Assembly: GCA_965217865.1 (NCBI GenBank)
Contig: CBDCJO010000002.1
Span: 992,001-1,056,000, forward strand
Length of the DNA stretch: 64,000 nucleotides
DNA from: Candidatus Latescibacterota bacterium
GTDB lineage: Bacteria; Latescibacterota; UBA2968; SICM01
Direction: 5' to 3'
A model generated the notes under the pieces. That model did not search any database. It worked only from the letters and a program-made list of their open reading frames with translations, and was not told where the DNA came from. Position numbers and translations under genes: made by a program. Shown piece by piece: positions 19,601-29,141 of this stretch (position 1 is the stretch's first letter; each line of letters opens with the position of its first letter).

Positions 19601-22320
19601 AACATCCGGTCGTTCAGGAGGGAGTCCGTAAATGCGAACCCCAGGGCCGTGGCGGAGACATACGCGATGGCTCCTCCATCGGGTTTATTCACCATCTCTT
19701 CGGCAAGACAGTTCAGTCTGGGCTCGGCAAAAAAGCCGTTCAGGCACGACATGGCGATAAAGAATGGGAGCCTGTCTCCGTTGAGGACTTTGGTCATGAA
19801 GGAATAGTTTCCCTGCTGAGAGGTCCCCCTGAAGAAGAAGGCCATCGCCGTTGCTGACCCGTGGCCCGCGAAGTTGACAAGGACAGCCCCTTCGTTCAAC
19901 CTCTGGATAAATCGCCGGGTGTCTTCGTTTGGTTCGGGGACAAGTTGATCGCTGTAGATTCGGGTGGTCTCAAGGCCGAACGGTTCGGAATAGGTCCTGA
20001 TCATAAAGTCGCTCGGTCCCACCAGGACATCTTCCGCACCCGCCAGGAAAAGCCCCCGATCACGCCATCGACCGACAGGAGGGGTGTCGTAGCCGATGAT
20101 CTTTTGAACAACGGTTTCGGTTTCCTCAGGGGACGATACGGAGATTCGGCCCACCGAGAGATCGGGAAAAAGGTCCTCGCCAAGGACGGTCGCGTAGAAG
20201 AAATCGGTGGGGGCGTTTCCCCGTTCTCGGGCTTGAAAATAGAGAGAGGGGACGTAGGAGATACGGCCGGTGTTGAAAATGTCGCGATAATCGAACGTCT
20301 CCCTGCCCACCAGGAGGAGATAGGCAGGAGGGATGGACAAGGCGGTCATGGTATAACGGATGTATGCCTGGATGGCTTCAGGTTCGAACTGTCCAAACCC
20401 GAAGGCGTGAAAAATGTCCTGGACGTCGACCAGTTTGACCGTCAATCCATCGGCCTCCCGCTGCGCGACCAGGGGGGCGAGAGCATCGAGAAAGTTTTTG
20501 TGACTGATCATCAGGTAGTCGGCGCCTGTCCGGTCCGCCCGCAGGTCGGCCCCCCCGAATCGGATACCCGGCGGGGGCCTTCGAATCCCCGCCTCTCCGG
20601 CCACGAAGTAGCGACCCGGCCGCTGTGGGCCTACCTCGAAGGTGGCTCCCTCCGCATCGGACAAGACGTCGATCCCGGTGAGATGCACGCCCCGAGTCAG
20701 GTCGTAGACGACCACTTCAGGCCCACTCAAGCCGGAGACGCTGATGCTGCGTCCGGCCTGGAAGTCATCAAGATCGAAGGTCAGGACGCCATTTTCCGCC
20801 TTGAATATTCTATCGTAGATGACATCAAGGTAGTTGAAGAGCACGGAGTCGATGACCAGGTCGTTCTTCCCGGGGCCTGTCTCCTTCGGGACCTCGATCG
20901 TCAGGGTGTTGGGCCCTTCCCGGAGGTTCGAGAGAGAGGCTTCGCCCTCTATGATAAGAGGGGTCTGGCCGCCCCATATCCCCTCGCCGAGGATGGGGCC
21001 GTCGTTGAGCCGGATGAGGGCCCTGTGGTCCGGATCGACTCTGAACAGATCCGTCAGACCGTGCATCCCGACCCGCAGCACCGGGGGACGGCCAGACGGG
21101 TCGATCCCGTTGATCGACCAGCCGAAGGAACTGGAATCGGGACCGTCGATCCGGGCCCAGTACCAGTGGTCTCGCAGGTTGTCTGCCGCCAGGCCCAAAG
21201 GGTCGTATTGACCGTCCTGTTCGAAGTGGATCTTGGCCCGGTAGAAGGTGGCGGGGGGATAGCTGTTCTTCGGGGCGGCATCGATTGAGGAGACCCTTTC
21301 CCCGACCCCACCGTCATCGGTGAGATAGAACACGTTCCCCCGTCCCAGAGGGTTCTCGAAGTCTCGGTCCGATCGCCGAAAGCGCGCGTAAAATTCGATG
21401 ATATCCCCTTCGAGGAGACCTCCACCGCTTCCTCCGGAAATCCGGAGGGGGACTTCACCCCCATCCACGTAAAGTTTCAGGCGATCCAGGTCGACCCCGT
21501 CGGGGTCGATCCCCGACGAGATGAACCACTCCCGGTCCAGCCGGTAAAGTCCGTCGTCCCGGATGGTGAATGTATGATAGGTCCATGTGGGTCGATACCA
21601 GGTTCCCTCCTCATCGACCTTCCCCAGACCCGGTTGGGAAGGGGGGGGGGCCGTCCGCCAGGATTTTGCGTCCTCGTAGTTGAGGAGGGAGGACCTGTAG
21701 ACTGGCTCGAAAGCCCTGTCGCTCCGGGGTGCGGGGACGCGCGCCGGTTTAGGCGCACGGGAGGATATGAACCGGACGGTTACGCGAAGCTTTCCGGTGA
21801 TACGAAGTTCACGCCGGATGGGATTGTACCGGACAGGCCGGAGGGAGAGGACGGCCACCCGTTGGTGCCGGAGGTATCCGGTCGTTGCTATCTCAGCGGG
21901 GGCCTCCGGATAAAGAACGTTACTTCGATAGAAAAGATCATCTATCCCAGGCATATCCGGATGCATTCCGGGATCGTGGAAAGGTGCGAGGCGCAATTGG
22001 GAAAGGGTTGTGATCTCCTCCTCCTGGATCGTTATGACGAAATCGACCCCTTCCGGGACGCCCAGGAGGACACTCGTAAAAGGAACGGCAGGGAGGCCCG
22101 GCTCTATGGTGTGGACGTAACCGGGCACCGTCATCCTGCGGAATAAGTTCCCCGCTACCTGAACCTCCTGGAGGGAATAGGTTTGAACACCGACTTCCAC
22201 AACGAATCCACGGGCGTCAGAAGAGACCAACCGCGGCGCGTTGAGGTCGGACGCCTCGTCGGCAAGGGAACCCCTGTTGAAGGTAAGCAGCACGAGTATC
22301 AGGAGCAGGAGCTTAATCAT
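16609..22320 (-). CDS. C25 (gingipain/PorU-like) cysteine peptidase with propeptide, CARDB/Ig domains and C-terminal FlgD/T9SS-like sorting domain
   Basis: Signal peptide MIKLLLL; ADYLMISH; NFAGHG and MSCLNG dyad; C-terminal FPNP...IYSVAGRLVR...WDG...GTYLY. Confidence 0.85.
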   Translation of the reverse strand: MIKLLLLILVLLTFNRGSLADEASDLNAPRLVSSDARGFVVEVGVQTYSLQEVQVAGNLFRRMTVPGYVHTIEPGLPAVPFTSVLLGVPEGVDFVITIQEEEITTLSQLRLAPFHDPGMHPDMPGIDDLFYRSNVLYPEAPAEIATTGYLRHQRVAVLSLRPVRYNPIRRELRITGKLRVTVRFISSRAPKPARVPAPRSDRAFEPVYRSSLLNYEDAKSWRTAPPPSQPGLGKVDEEGTWYRPTWTYHTFTIRDDGLYRLDREWFISSGIDPDGVDLDRLKLYVDGGEVPLRISGGSGGGLLEGDIIEFYARFRRSDRDFENPLGRGNVFYLTDDGGVGERVSSIDAAPKNSYPPATFYRAKIHFEQDGQYDPLGLAADNLRDHWYWARIDGPDSSSFGWSINGIDPSGRPPVLRVGMHGLTDLFRVDPDHRALIRLNDGPILGEGIWGGQTPLIIEGEASLSNLREGPNTLTIEVPKETGPGKNDLVIDSVLFNYLDVIYDRIFKAENGVLTFDLDDFQAGRSISVSGLSGPEVVVYDLTRGVHLTGIDVLSDAEGATFEVGPQRPGRYFVAGEAGIRRPPPGIRFGGADLRADRTGADYLMISHKNFLDALAPLVAQREADGLTVKLVDVQDIFHAFGFGQFEPEAIQAYIRYTMTALSIPPAYLLLVGRETFDYRDIFNTGRISYVPSLYFQARERGNAPTDFFYATVLGEDLFPDLSVGRISVSSPEETETVVQKIIGYDTPPVGRWRDRGLFLAGAEDVLVGPSDFMIRTYSEPFGLETTRIYSDQLVPEPNEDTRRFIQRLNEGAVLVNFAGHGSATAMAFFFRGTSQQGNYSFMTKVLNGDRLPFFIAMSCLNGFFAEPRLNCLAEEMVNKPDGGAIAYVSATALGFAFTDSLLNDRMFLHAFGKGESKFGRILNLAKIDLMREFPGITTGVLSMNLVGDPAQNFALLDQSDYAVSPKDVSVNGIPIEDGPALVEGDSVRLGVLFENLGSTSESAVRVLVVDRWLDRTRVDTLFSGVLPPFGVPDSIITIWPIAGAGPHQLSVSIEPGLGEEMDPSNNTVSIPLIVFPIQTPTPMGPVDDQRITSSEAVLTVLNASPPSPGLNYRFEVAPSPIFEGPEVRRSGPVPEGIRVTTWTVNGLSPGVYFWMARTHDSEIPGRWTRTRAFLIDPTPGDETWRQGTPGQLARNRLDGAELSGDALFRVRKPLPARPDSQHREAFIQAEGVSGAGVLCTDGKYLYVKRWYGGPSTVYPGTDVFHRIGTGFEGTVAGRDYGAFPTASTPGISATYHSDGFIYNDAGVPFEIERIDPITGAIDRVQVPSGLLEQRSGLPIEGQFLITSDGRFVYNLAFGVDGVSRAAWKVRVFDPAQGWGMVRVFEIPPSTNGFTYLITDGLIADGDYLYLVEFTTAGRGRIRVVDPLDGAFVDEILSDQPETGIITGQYDPKNNKVWFGKLLGPFVVRYAGKSPPTSSSAMTSPIGPAARWGRLSVETTEPPEPGSGGSVEIGVLGQRFTSGTFEPVPNFNAIQASPSIDLSPIDASTYRHIRLVARFKSEGLASSPGLKAWGLSYTALPVVSLSNLTHDRTEVKELEPIGLSVQVLNLGPTEDLSGAVVAFYAGGPPHAGGQLIGRKEIPSVRIGETITASLIWNTKHFDGTFKVFARTETADTFEDMGAEAAISQQFVTVISRGDTKPPLVEFRSLDTTGEIRPEDFLPPTPRFEVHASDPSGVERSSVKIDVDGEIISLEAPEITGLSESEADISFTLSPSLADGRHSVRVEAMDRLDNGPTSASLSFVVTSDLMIASPLVFPNPVLRDAHFTYLLSQAARVTIRIYSVAGRLVRRIENASGAPGYNQSSWDGLDHDGNPLGNGTYLYVISARNGDQSATARKPLIVLRQ

Positions 22321-22581
22321 CGAGAATCTCACAAGCCGTTCCTGTTGTATATTCAATAATTTCGGTGGAATGATTTCGATTTTAAGTTGAAAAGATAACA
22401 TCCCGCCCTATAAAAAACAACGTCGATCGTGGTTCGTCAATCGTGATTCTTGGCTCAAAACCTTCTCTTCTCCCCCACGCCGGCATCGACACGACTATTG
22501 TCAATTGAAGAGGACAAAGCCAGATGCAACAAAAGTTCCAAACCACTACCTAGGGTAGGGAATAGATCGTTTTTATCTCTA

Positions 22582-22610
22582 TTGACAAAGCCCGGGGTGG
22601 GTGGTATCTT
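22582..22610 (+). promoter_or_regulatory. sigma70-like promoter
   Basis: TTGACA-N17-TATCTT upstream of the cupin gene. Confidence 0.5.
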
Positions 22611-22631
22611 GAGAGTAAATATCGAATCATA

Positions 22632-23024
22632 ATGAGGTTTTCCGTGCCCGAAATAAAATCCCTCCTGCATCCCGGACTGTTTTCCGCCAATCTCGAGGAT
22701 ATCAAAAAACGGAACGGTAAGCCCCCGTGGAACGAACGGGTGGTGGTGAGCGATCAGGTTACGGGAACTGTCATCTGCCAGGCACCGGGAACACAAAACG
22801 ACCGACATTTCCATATCTACGATGAGTGGTGGATGGTTCTGGAGGGGGAGATTCACTGGGAGATTGAGGGTCAGCCTGAACTGGTTCGGGCAAAGGCGGG
22901 GGACTTTGTGTACGTGCCCAAGAACCATTTCCATCTCATCCATGTCGAAGGGGATGGGCCAGCCATTCGAATGGCCATCAGCGTTACGGGTGAGAAGCAT
23001 CGCCACGAAAAGGATTCCCCCTGA
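22632..23024 (+). CDS. Cupin domain protein
   Basis: HFHIYDEWWMVLEG and GDFVYVPKNHFH. Confidence 0.85.
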   Translation: MRFSVPEIKSLLHPGLFSANLEDIKKRNGKPPWNERVVVSDQVTGTVICQAPGTQNDRHFHIYDEWWMVLEGEIHWEIEGQPELVRAKAGDFVYVPKNHFHLIHVEGDGPAIRMAISVTGEKHRHEKDSP

Positions 23025-23118
23025 AGGGCCCCTCGGATTATTGTAGCCTGGCGAGGGCATCCGGAAACCGTTTGAATCGATTAAACACGATCGAATAGAT
23101 CGGCTAGATTACTTCAAA

Positions 23119-25140
23119 TTGTCCCTTTTTAAACAGGAGACTTCTGACATGGATGCTTTTAAAAAGGGTGCCGTTGAGGAGGCCCTTTCCGGTCAGACCC
23201 TGGCTGCCGCGGATCGCATCCTGATCGATCCGGAGCCGGGGAGACTGGTCGAGATGATGGGGGGTGTCTGCGAAGAAATTCGGGGGCGTTGGCCGTCTGC
23301 GGATGCGTCGGGCCAGCAACGACTGGTTCAACTCGGGTTCAGGCTGGGGTTCAACCTTGCAGGGATGGACACGTCGGCTGTGGGCTACGATTCCAAGGAG
23401 ATCGATCATGCCTTTTCTCTTCTTACGGCATCGGTTGGCGCGTTGGATCGGGACGAAGCGGGAGGGGTGATAACTCATTCAACGGCAAAGCGCATCCTGG
23501 CCGACATGAAATCGGTGAATTCCGGGGACAGTCTTTCCGGGTTGATGGCCGAGCGGATCGAGTCCGCGTGGAAGGACAAAAGCGGGAAGTCCTTTCTCGA
23601 ACTGTTTCGAAAGGAGCTCCGAGGCGGGGTCTACTGGGAGATGGGGGAAAAGAGGATGTGCAAGTTCGGAAACGACTTTGCGCGGGGCCTCGAATACCTT
23701 CGTCATCTGGGATTCTGCCAGGTGTCCACCAACCCCGTCCTGGCTGCGAAGGCCTTTGAGGAGGAGGCGGAGCTTGTGGAGGTTTTTCGGGGGGAGGTCG
23801 CGCGACACCCGGACTGGGTGGCTTCACCCGAAGACTTTGGGGACGCGATGGCGATGGGCGCGACCCTGATTGCACTCTGGCCCAATCTCTCGGTGTTCCG
23901 ACCCCTTGCCCTTCACACGGATTTAATGGATTACGTTGTCAGTTTCCAACTCAACCCAAACATCGCGGACAATGTGTCCGAAAGTCTAAGGGATGCGAAG
24001 GCCGCTTATGGATTCGCGACCGAATTTTTGACCCGGTACGACGGAGCCCTGGGTCTGGGGGACAGGTCGGGAACGACCCGGCCCAACATCGTGTTCAAGG
24101 TGGCGGCTTCGTCTGAAGCCGCCCGGGACATCACCCGCGATCTGAATCGCGAGGGGATAGGGACGAACAACACCGTGGTCTACACCGTAGGGCAGGAGGT
24201 CCAGCTGATTATCGATGCTTTCGAAGGGAAGGCCCAAGCCATCAAGTCCGGCAACGGGATTACCCGGACCTACGAAACGAACATGGGCGGACGACTGGTC
24301 AGCCATCTCAGGGAGGTTGAGGCGGAGAAACTTTTTGAGCAGGTCGCGACGGAATTGGGGGAGGAACGCGCCTCGGATCACGTTATGACCCTCGCCCGGA
24401 CGCTCAACATTGACCGGGCAACGCTCGATCAATCGGCATCCGGGTCGTTTGTGGAACGAGTACGCACGGTCTGCTCATTCAAGTTCTTGAAGTCTCTCGC
24501 ACACAAGGCAGTGATCGAGGTCGTCGAAGCGGCAGGGATGGACACCAAGGAGGTCGAACAGCTGGAACAGGACCTCCGGAAGGCCGGGACCCTGGTCGCC
24601 CGGCGGGTCTACCGCGTGTTCTACGCCCCGGAAAATAGAACCCGATGGGTTGCCTACCTCGCGAATCGATACGGGCTCAAGGCGGAACAGGCCGAGTCAG
24701 TCCTGTCTTCGATGGACGTGCTTCCCGCGTCGAAACGGATTCCGGAAGATACCTACCACACCCTTGGGTATCCGAACTTCTGCAACACGGAATTTCCCAA
24801 TCACGCGCGGGCGGTGCAGTTGATGGCCGAGAATGAGGGGTTCCGGTTGGAATCGTTCCGGGATGCGATCTTTCATACCTATGATGCCGGGGTCGTTGAG
24901 CGGTTGAATAAGATTCCGGATTTTCAGCTGGCCTATGAGTTCACTCCAAAGATGAGGGACTTCCTGTTGGGCGATGTCGGCATCGAGGAGGTGAAGGAAT
25001 GGGGTACGGGAGGGATCGCGCCTCAGGGGTGGAAGGACTTCGGGTCAGTAAAAAAGACGGTTTCAGAATTCCGCGCCGCTTACGACGCTTTTGTTGAGAA
25101 GTGCGTGGGGATCGCTAGGGACTTTAAACGGCAATCGTGA
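23119..25140 (+). CDS. Transaldolase/FSA-fold protein with long N-terminal extension and insertion
   Basis: STNPVL, NIVFKV (Schiff-base Lys), NNTVVYT, ASKR. Confidence 0.75.
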   Translation: MSLFKQETSDMDAFKKGAVEEALSGQTLAAADRILIDPEPGRLVEMMGGVCEEIRGRWPSADASGQQRLVQLGFRLGFNLAGMDTSAVGYDSKEIDHAFSLLTASVGALDRDEAGGVITHSTAKRILADMKSVNSGDSLSGLMAERIESAWKDKSGKSFLELFRKELRGGVYWEMGEKRMCKFGNDFARGLEYLRHLGFCQVSTNPVLAAKAFEEEAELVEVFRGEVARHPDWVASPEDFGDAMAMGATLIALWPNLSVFRPLALHTDLMDYVVSFQLNPNIADNVSESLRDAKAAYGFATEFLTRYDGALGLGDRSGTTRPNIVFKVAASSEAARDITRDLNREGIGTNNTVVYTVGQEVQLIIDAFEGKAQAIKSGNGITRTYETNMGGRLVSHLREVEAEKLFEQVATELGEERASDHVMTLARTLNIDRATLDQSASGSFVERVRTVCSFKFLKSLAHKAVIEVVEAAGMDTKEVEQLEQDLRKAGTLVARRVYRVFYAPENRTRWVAYLANRYGLKAEQAESVLSSMDVLPASKRIPEDTYHTLGYPNFCNTEFPNHARAVQLMAENEGFRLESFRDAIFHTYDAGVVERLNKIPDFQLAYEFTPKMRDFLLGDVGIEEVKEWGTGGIAPQGWKDFGSVKKTVSEFRAAYDAFVEKCVGIARDFKRQS

Positions 25141-25271
25141 AAGGACCGTAGCTCGTACCTCGCGAATCGTAAAAACACCAGAAAGCCAAAACAAAAACAC
25201 CCAAGGTATTTTACGAGATACGCTTCACGAGATACGAAATACGGCTTCTCTCTTGGAGGAAGATTCGCACT

Positions 25272-27086
25272 ATGCTCAAGTCCATGCGGGATGTCAGGTT
25301 CATCAAGATAATCATTTGGATCACGGCGATCGGATTTGTGGGTCTGATCGTACTGGATTGGGGGGCCGACATCGGCGGCAGGGGAGGGGGCGCTAATGTG
25401 GGTGAGATTAACGGCCGGGTGGTTTCCTATCAGGAGTTCGACGCCTTCATCAAACAGGCCTATCAACAAAAGAGGGAACAGCTCGGGAGAGAGCCGGATT
25501 TCGCGGGGCTGGTCCAGGAGACGTGGGACAGGCTGGTGGTGGAGACCCTGATGGCAGAAGAGGTTCAGAAGCGGGGGATCGTCGTCTCCTCTGCGGAAGT
25601 GGATTATTTCAACCGAACACAGCCGTTGGAAGCCATAAAGGGCCACGAGGGGTTCCAGACCGACGGGGAATTCGATCCTGCAAAATACAATCAGTTTTTG
25701 GACAACCCCGCAACCTACGATGACCCTCAAGCCTTACAATTCATTCAGGCCGTCGAGGGCACGATCGAACGGTTTCTCCTTACCCAGAAGCTTCAGGAGC
25801 GGGTCGGACTCGCCGTTAAGGTGACCGATGCCGAAGCGCGGGAGTCTTACCTGGAAGAGAACGAACAAGTCAAGGTCGAGTATGCGGCGATCTCCGCGGG
25901 GTCGATACCCGATTCCGCAGCGACGGTCACGGATGCGGAAGTGTCCGATTATTATGGTGGACACCAGGAGGACTTTGAACAGGATTCAGCCGTGAGGTTT
26001 GATTTCCTCGTCTTTGACAAACAACCTTCTGCCGAAGACGAAAAGGGGATCGAGGCAGAAACCCGGGGCCTTTTGGAACAGGTAAGGGGTGGGGCGGACT
26101 TCGGGCAACTTGCGTTAGAAAATTCCGATGATTCCGGCTCGGCTTCCAAGCGGGGAGACCTGGGTTACTTCGGGAGAGGAAAGATGGTCCCGGCGTTCGA
26201 GAGAGTTGCCTTTTCTTTAGAGAAGGGTGAGGTTTCAGAGCCGGTCCGAACCCCTTTCGGATGGCATCTCATTCAGGTTGAGGATCGGAAGACAGAAGAT
26301 GGCCAGGAGCAGGTAAAAGCCCGGCATATTCTCCGGAATATCGAGAAGAGCCCTCAGGCCATCGACCGGGTTCGGGAAAGTGCGGAGTTGTTCCAGGCGC
26401 AAGCCCGGAAGCGGGGATTTTCGGTCGTTGCAGCGGGGCTCAAGGTACAGGACACGGGGTTTATCAGTTCAGGGGAGTTTGTCCCTGGACTCGGAAATCG
26501 TACAACCGGTCTGGTCTCCAACTTCCTCAAGAAGCCGGAAGGGGAGATATCGGCTTTATTCGAGAACGATCAGGGTATCTTTATCTATTCAATCAAAGAG
26601 AAGCGGGAGGCCGCAACCCGGCCTATGGAGGAGGTCCTTGAGGAGGTAAAGGGCGCCATACGAAAAGAGAAGAAGTTGGCGATCGCAAAGCGAAGCATGG
26701 AGAAGGTCGCCGCAGACGTCGGGGCTGGAAGACCTCTGATAGACGCCGCAAAGGCCCACGGGGCGATATCCGGGACGACAGAGTGGATCAACCGTCTCAG
26801 TTTCGTCCCCCAGGTGGGGAGCAGAAACGAGTTTTTCGGAGCCGCATTCGGGTTGGACTTGCCGGGCAAGATCAGCGATGTCGTCACCGGAGACCGCGGG
26901 GTCTACCTTGTCAAGCTGATCGAGCGAAAGCCTGCGGACGAGAAGGAATTCGAATCGGAGAAGAATTCGATCAGGGCAAAAATCGCGAGGAAGAAGCGTA
27001 CCCAGGCATTCGCGTCCTGGTTTAATGACTTAAAAGAAAAGGCTGAGATCGTCGATAATCGGCACCGGTTTTTTTCGAAGTACTGA
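25272..27086 (+). CDS. PpiD/SurA-like peptidyl-prolyl isomerase
   Basis: N-terminal anchor, parvulin GDLGYF..MVPAFE..PFGWHLI. Confidence 0.9.
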   Translation: MLKSMRDVRFIKIIIWITAIGFVGLIVLDWGADIGGRGGGANVGEINGRVVSYQEFDAFIKQAYQQKREQLGREPDFAGLVQETWDRLVVETLMAEEVQKRGIVVSSAEVDYFNRTQPLEAIKGHEGFQTDGEFDPAKYNQFLDNPATYDDPQALQFIQAVEGTIERFLLTQKLQERVGLAVKVTDAEARESYLEENEQVKVEYAAISAGSIPDSAATVTDAEVSDYYGGHQEDFEQDSAVRFDFLVFDKQPSAEDEKGIEAETRGLLEQVRGGADFGQLALENSDDSGSASKRGDLGYFGRGKMVPAFERVAFSLEKGEVSEPVRTPFGWHLIQVEDRKTEDGQEQVKARHILRNIEKSPQAIDRVRESAELFQAQARKRGFSVVAAGLKVQDTGFISSGEFVPGLGNRTTGLVSNFLKKPEGEISALFENDQGIFIYSIKEKREAATRPMEEVLEEVKGAIRKEKKLAIAKRSMEKVAADVGAGRPLIDAAKAHGAISGTTEWINRLSFVPQVGSRNEFFGAAFGLDLPGKISDVVTGDRGVYLVKLIERKPADEKEFESEKNSIRAKIARKKRTQAFASWFNDLKEKAEIVDNRHRFFSKY

Positions 27087-27123
27087 TTGAAGAGATTGAA
27101 GATTGAAGAAGCGGTAATCCCCA

Positions 27124-27822
27124 ATGGCGGTCGTAACAACGTCACGGCAAATGGGAAGCGGAGGGGATCGGGTCGGGGCTCGAGTTGCGGAATTGTTGGG
27201 CTACGATCTGGTCGAAAAGGCCCTCATCACGGAGATCGCCCGGGAGGCCAATGTCTCCGAGTCGGAGGTCGAACGCTTCGATGAACGGATAGAGAGCCCC
27301 GTCAAGGGTTTTCTCCGTAGTCTGGTGACGCCGTCCCGTTCCGTTCCGGTGCCTCCCGCCATGTTATGGGGCCTTGAGTTTCCCTACGAAGTCTCTGCTG
27401 CGTTGATCGACAACGAGAACATCGTTTCCGAGGAGGTTCACTTCCTCGATCAAAAATCCTACCTTGAATTTCTTCAAGCCACGGTAGAACGTCTCTGGGA
27501 GCGCGACCGGGTCGTGATTTCGGGCAGAGGGAGTATGATGATCCTTAAAGGACGGCCAAGGACCCTCTCGATACGGACCGTAGCCCCGATAGCCTTCCGG
27601 ATAGAAAACATCATGACCCGATTCGAACTCTCCCGGGAAAAAGCCATCGATCGGATTCAGAAGGGCACAAAGCGCAGGGCGGCTTATATTAAGGCCAACT
27701 ACGGCGTCGACTGGGAGGATCCGACGCTGTATCATCTTGTCCTCAATACCGAACAACTGGGGATCGAAGGCGCTTCTCAGGTCATCGTCGAAGCCGTGAA
27801 GAGGCTCGAAGAGCAATCGTAG
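27124..27822 (+). CDS. Cytidylate kinase-like family protein
   Basis: SRQMGSGG, VISGRG, YHLVLNT. Confidence 0.85.
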   Translation: MAVVTTSRQMGSGGDRVGARVAELLGYDLVEKALITEIAREANVSESEVERFDERIESPVKGFLRSLVTPSRSVPVPPAMLWGLEFPYEVSAALIDNENIVSEEVHFLDQKSYLEFLQATVERLWERDRVVISGRGSMMILKGRPRTLSIRTVAPIAFRIENIMTRFELSREKAIDRIQKGTKRRAAYIKANYGVDWEDPTLYHLVLNTEQLGIEGASQVIVEAVKRLEEQS

Positions 27823-27848
27823 AGACATCGCGTTTTTAGGAATGTTCC

Positions 27849-28952
27849 GTGGAACCACAATACATCATCAAGAATCCGGACGATCTGCCAACGCCGGCCC
27901 TGGTCGTCTACCGGGACCTTGTACAGTCGAATATAGACCGGATCGGGGAGATCCTTGGGGGCTACGAGAAGCTCCGTACGCACGTGAAAACCCACAAGTG
28001 CTCCGCCATTATCAAGATGAAGCAAGCTTCGGGGATCCACAAGTTTAAATGCGCCACCCCCAAAGAGGCCGAGATGCTCGTGGCCAACGGGGTCAGGGAT
28101 CTCGTGATCGGTTATCAACTCCTCGGACCGTCGGTGCGCAGGGTGGCTGAGCTCAAGGCCCGCACCCCGGACCTGGAACTCGCTGTTCTGGTTGATGACC
28201 CCGGTGCGGTGGATGCGCTCTGTAAAGCGGCGGTGGACGCGGATGTGGAGATGGGTGTGTTTGTGGACCTCAATCCGGGAATGAACCGAACGGGGGTTCC
28301 GGGGCCCGAGGAAGCGAAGGAGATCGCCAGGCGGATCTCCGACAGCCCGGGCCTGCGTTTCGATGGGATCCACGTGTATGACGGTCATATCCACGACCAG
28401 GACGATGAAATCCGGAGTCAGCGGGTGAAGACCTCCGTGGATTGGGCTCTTTCTGCGAAAGCGCTGATTGAAAAGGATGGCATTACGGTCAATAAGCTCA
28501 TCACCTCCGGGTCATCCACTTTCGACATGGCTGCCCGGCATCCGGAGGTGGATGAGGTATCCCCAGGAACGTGGATCCTGTGGGACCGGAACTATGCGGA
28601 GAACCTTCGGGACTGGTTTCGATGTGCGGCTCTGGTCGTCAGCAGGGTGATCAGCCGGCCTACTCCTCGCACCTTCACCGTGGAAGCCGGATCCAAATCG
28701 ATCAGTACAGACATCGTGGGGGCCCGCCACGCAGAGGCCCTGAATTTTCCAAACGCCAAATATCTGATTCGAAACGAGGAGCATATGGCGATGGAACTGC
28801 CCGAGGGTACGGAACCGCCCGGTGTCGGGGATCTTGTCTATTTTACGCTTCGGCACGTCTGCACGACGGTCAATCTGTGGGACGAGATGCGTGTGGTGGA
28901 TGGGGAGGGACGCTATGTGGAGACCTGGCCGATCGATGCGCGGGGACACTAA
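27849..28952 (+). CDS. D-threonine aldolase/DSD1-like PLP enzyme
   Basis: TPALVV, HVKTHK, GMNRTG, NEEH, HVCTTVNL. Confidence 0.88.
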   Translation: MEPQYIIKNPDDLPTPALVVYRDLVQSNIDRIGEILGGYEKLRTHVKTHKCSAIIKMKQASGIHKFKCATPKEAEMLVANGVRDLVIGYQLLGPSVRRVAELKARTPDLELAVLVDDPGAVDALCKAAVDADVEMGVFVDLNPGMNRTGVPGPEEAKEIARRISDSPGLRFDGIHVYDGHIHDQDDEIRSQRVKTSVDWALSAKALIEKDGITVNKLITSGSSTFDMAARHPEVDEVSPGTWILWDRNYAENLRDWFRCAALVVSRVISRPTPRTFTVEAGSKSISTDIVGARHAEALNFPNAKYLIRNEEHMAMELPEGTEPPGVGDLVYFTLRHVCTTVNLWDEMRVVDGEGRYVETWPIDARGH

Positions 28953-29090
28953 AGTCAGGGGTCGGAGGTCAGAGGTCAGGGATCGGGAAACGTGAGACGT
29001 GAAACGGGAAAAGGCAGTAGCAGTGGCAGGGAAAGCAAAGTCAGGGGTCAGAGGAAATTGAAGATTGACGATTGAAGAATGAAGATTAAA
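28953..29090. repeat. Mosaic of short (mostly 7-nt) tandem repeats
   Basis: GGTCAGA-, ACGTGAG/A-, GCAGT- and ATTGAAG-type units in series. Confidence 0.7.
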
Positions 29091-29141
29091 ATACAAAGTG
29101 CAAAAAACGTCGTGTCGATGCATCATCTTTAGGTTGCTGCC

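Noticed and set aside
19861-21288. Long antisense ORFs (also 10419-11372, 43351-44451, 52528-53499, 60668-61639)
   Set aside because: Shadow frames opposite well-supported genes in GC-rich DNA; no motifs
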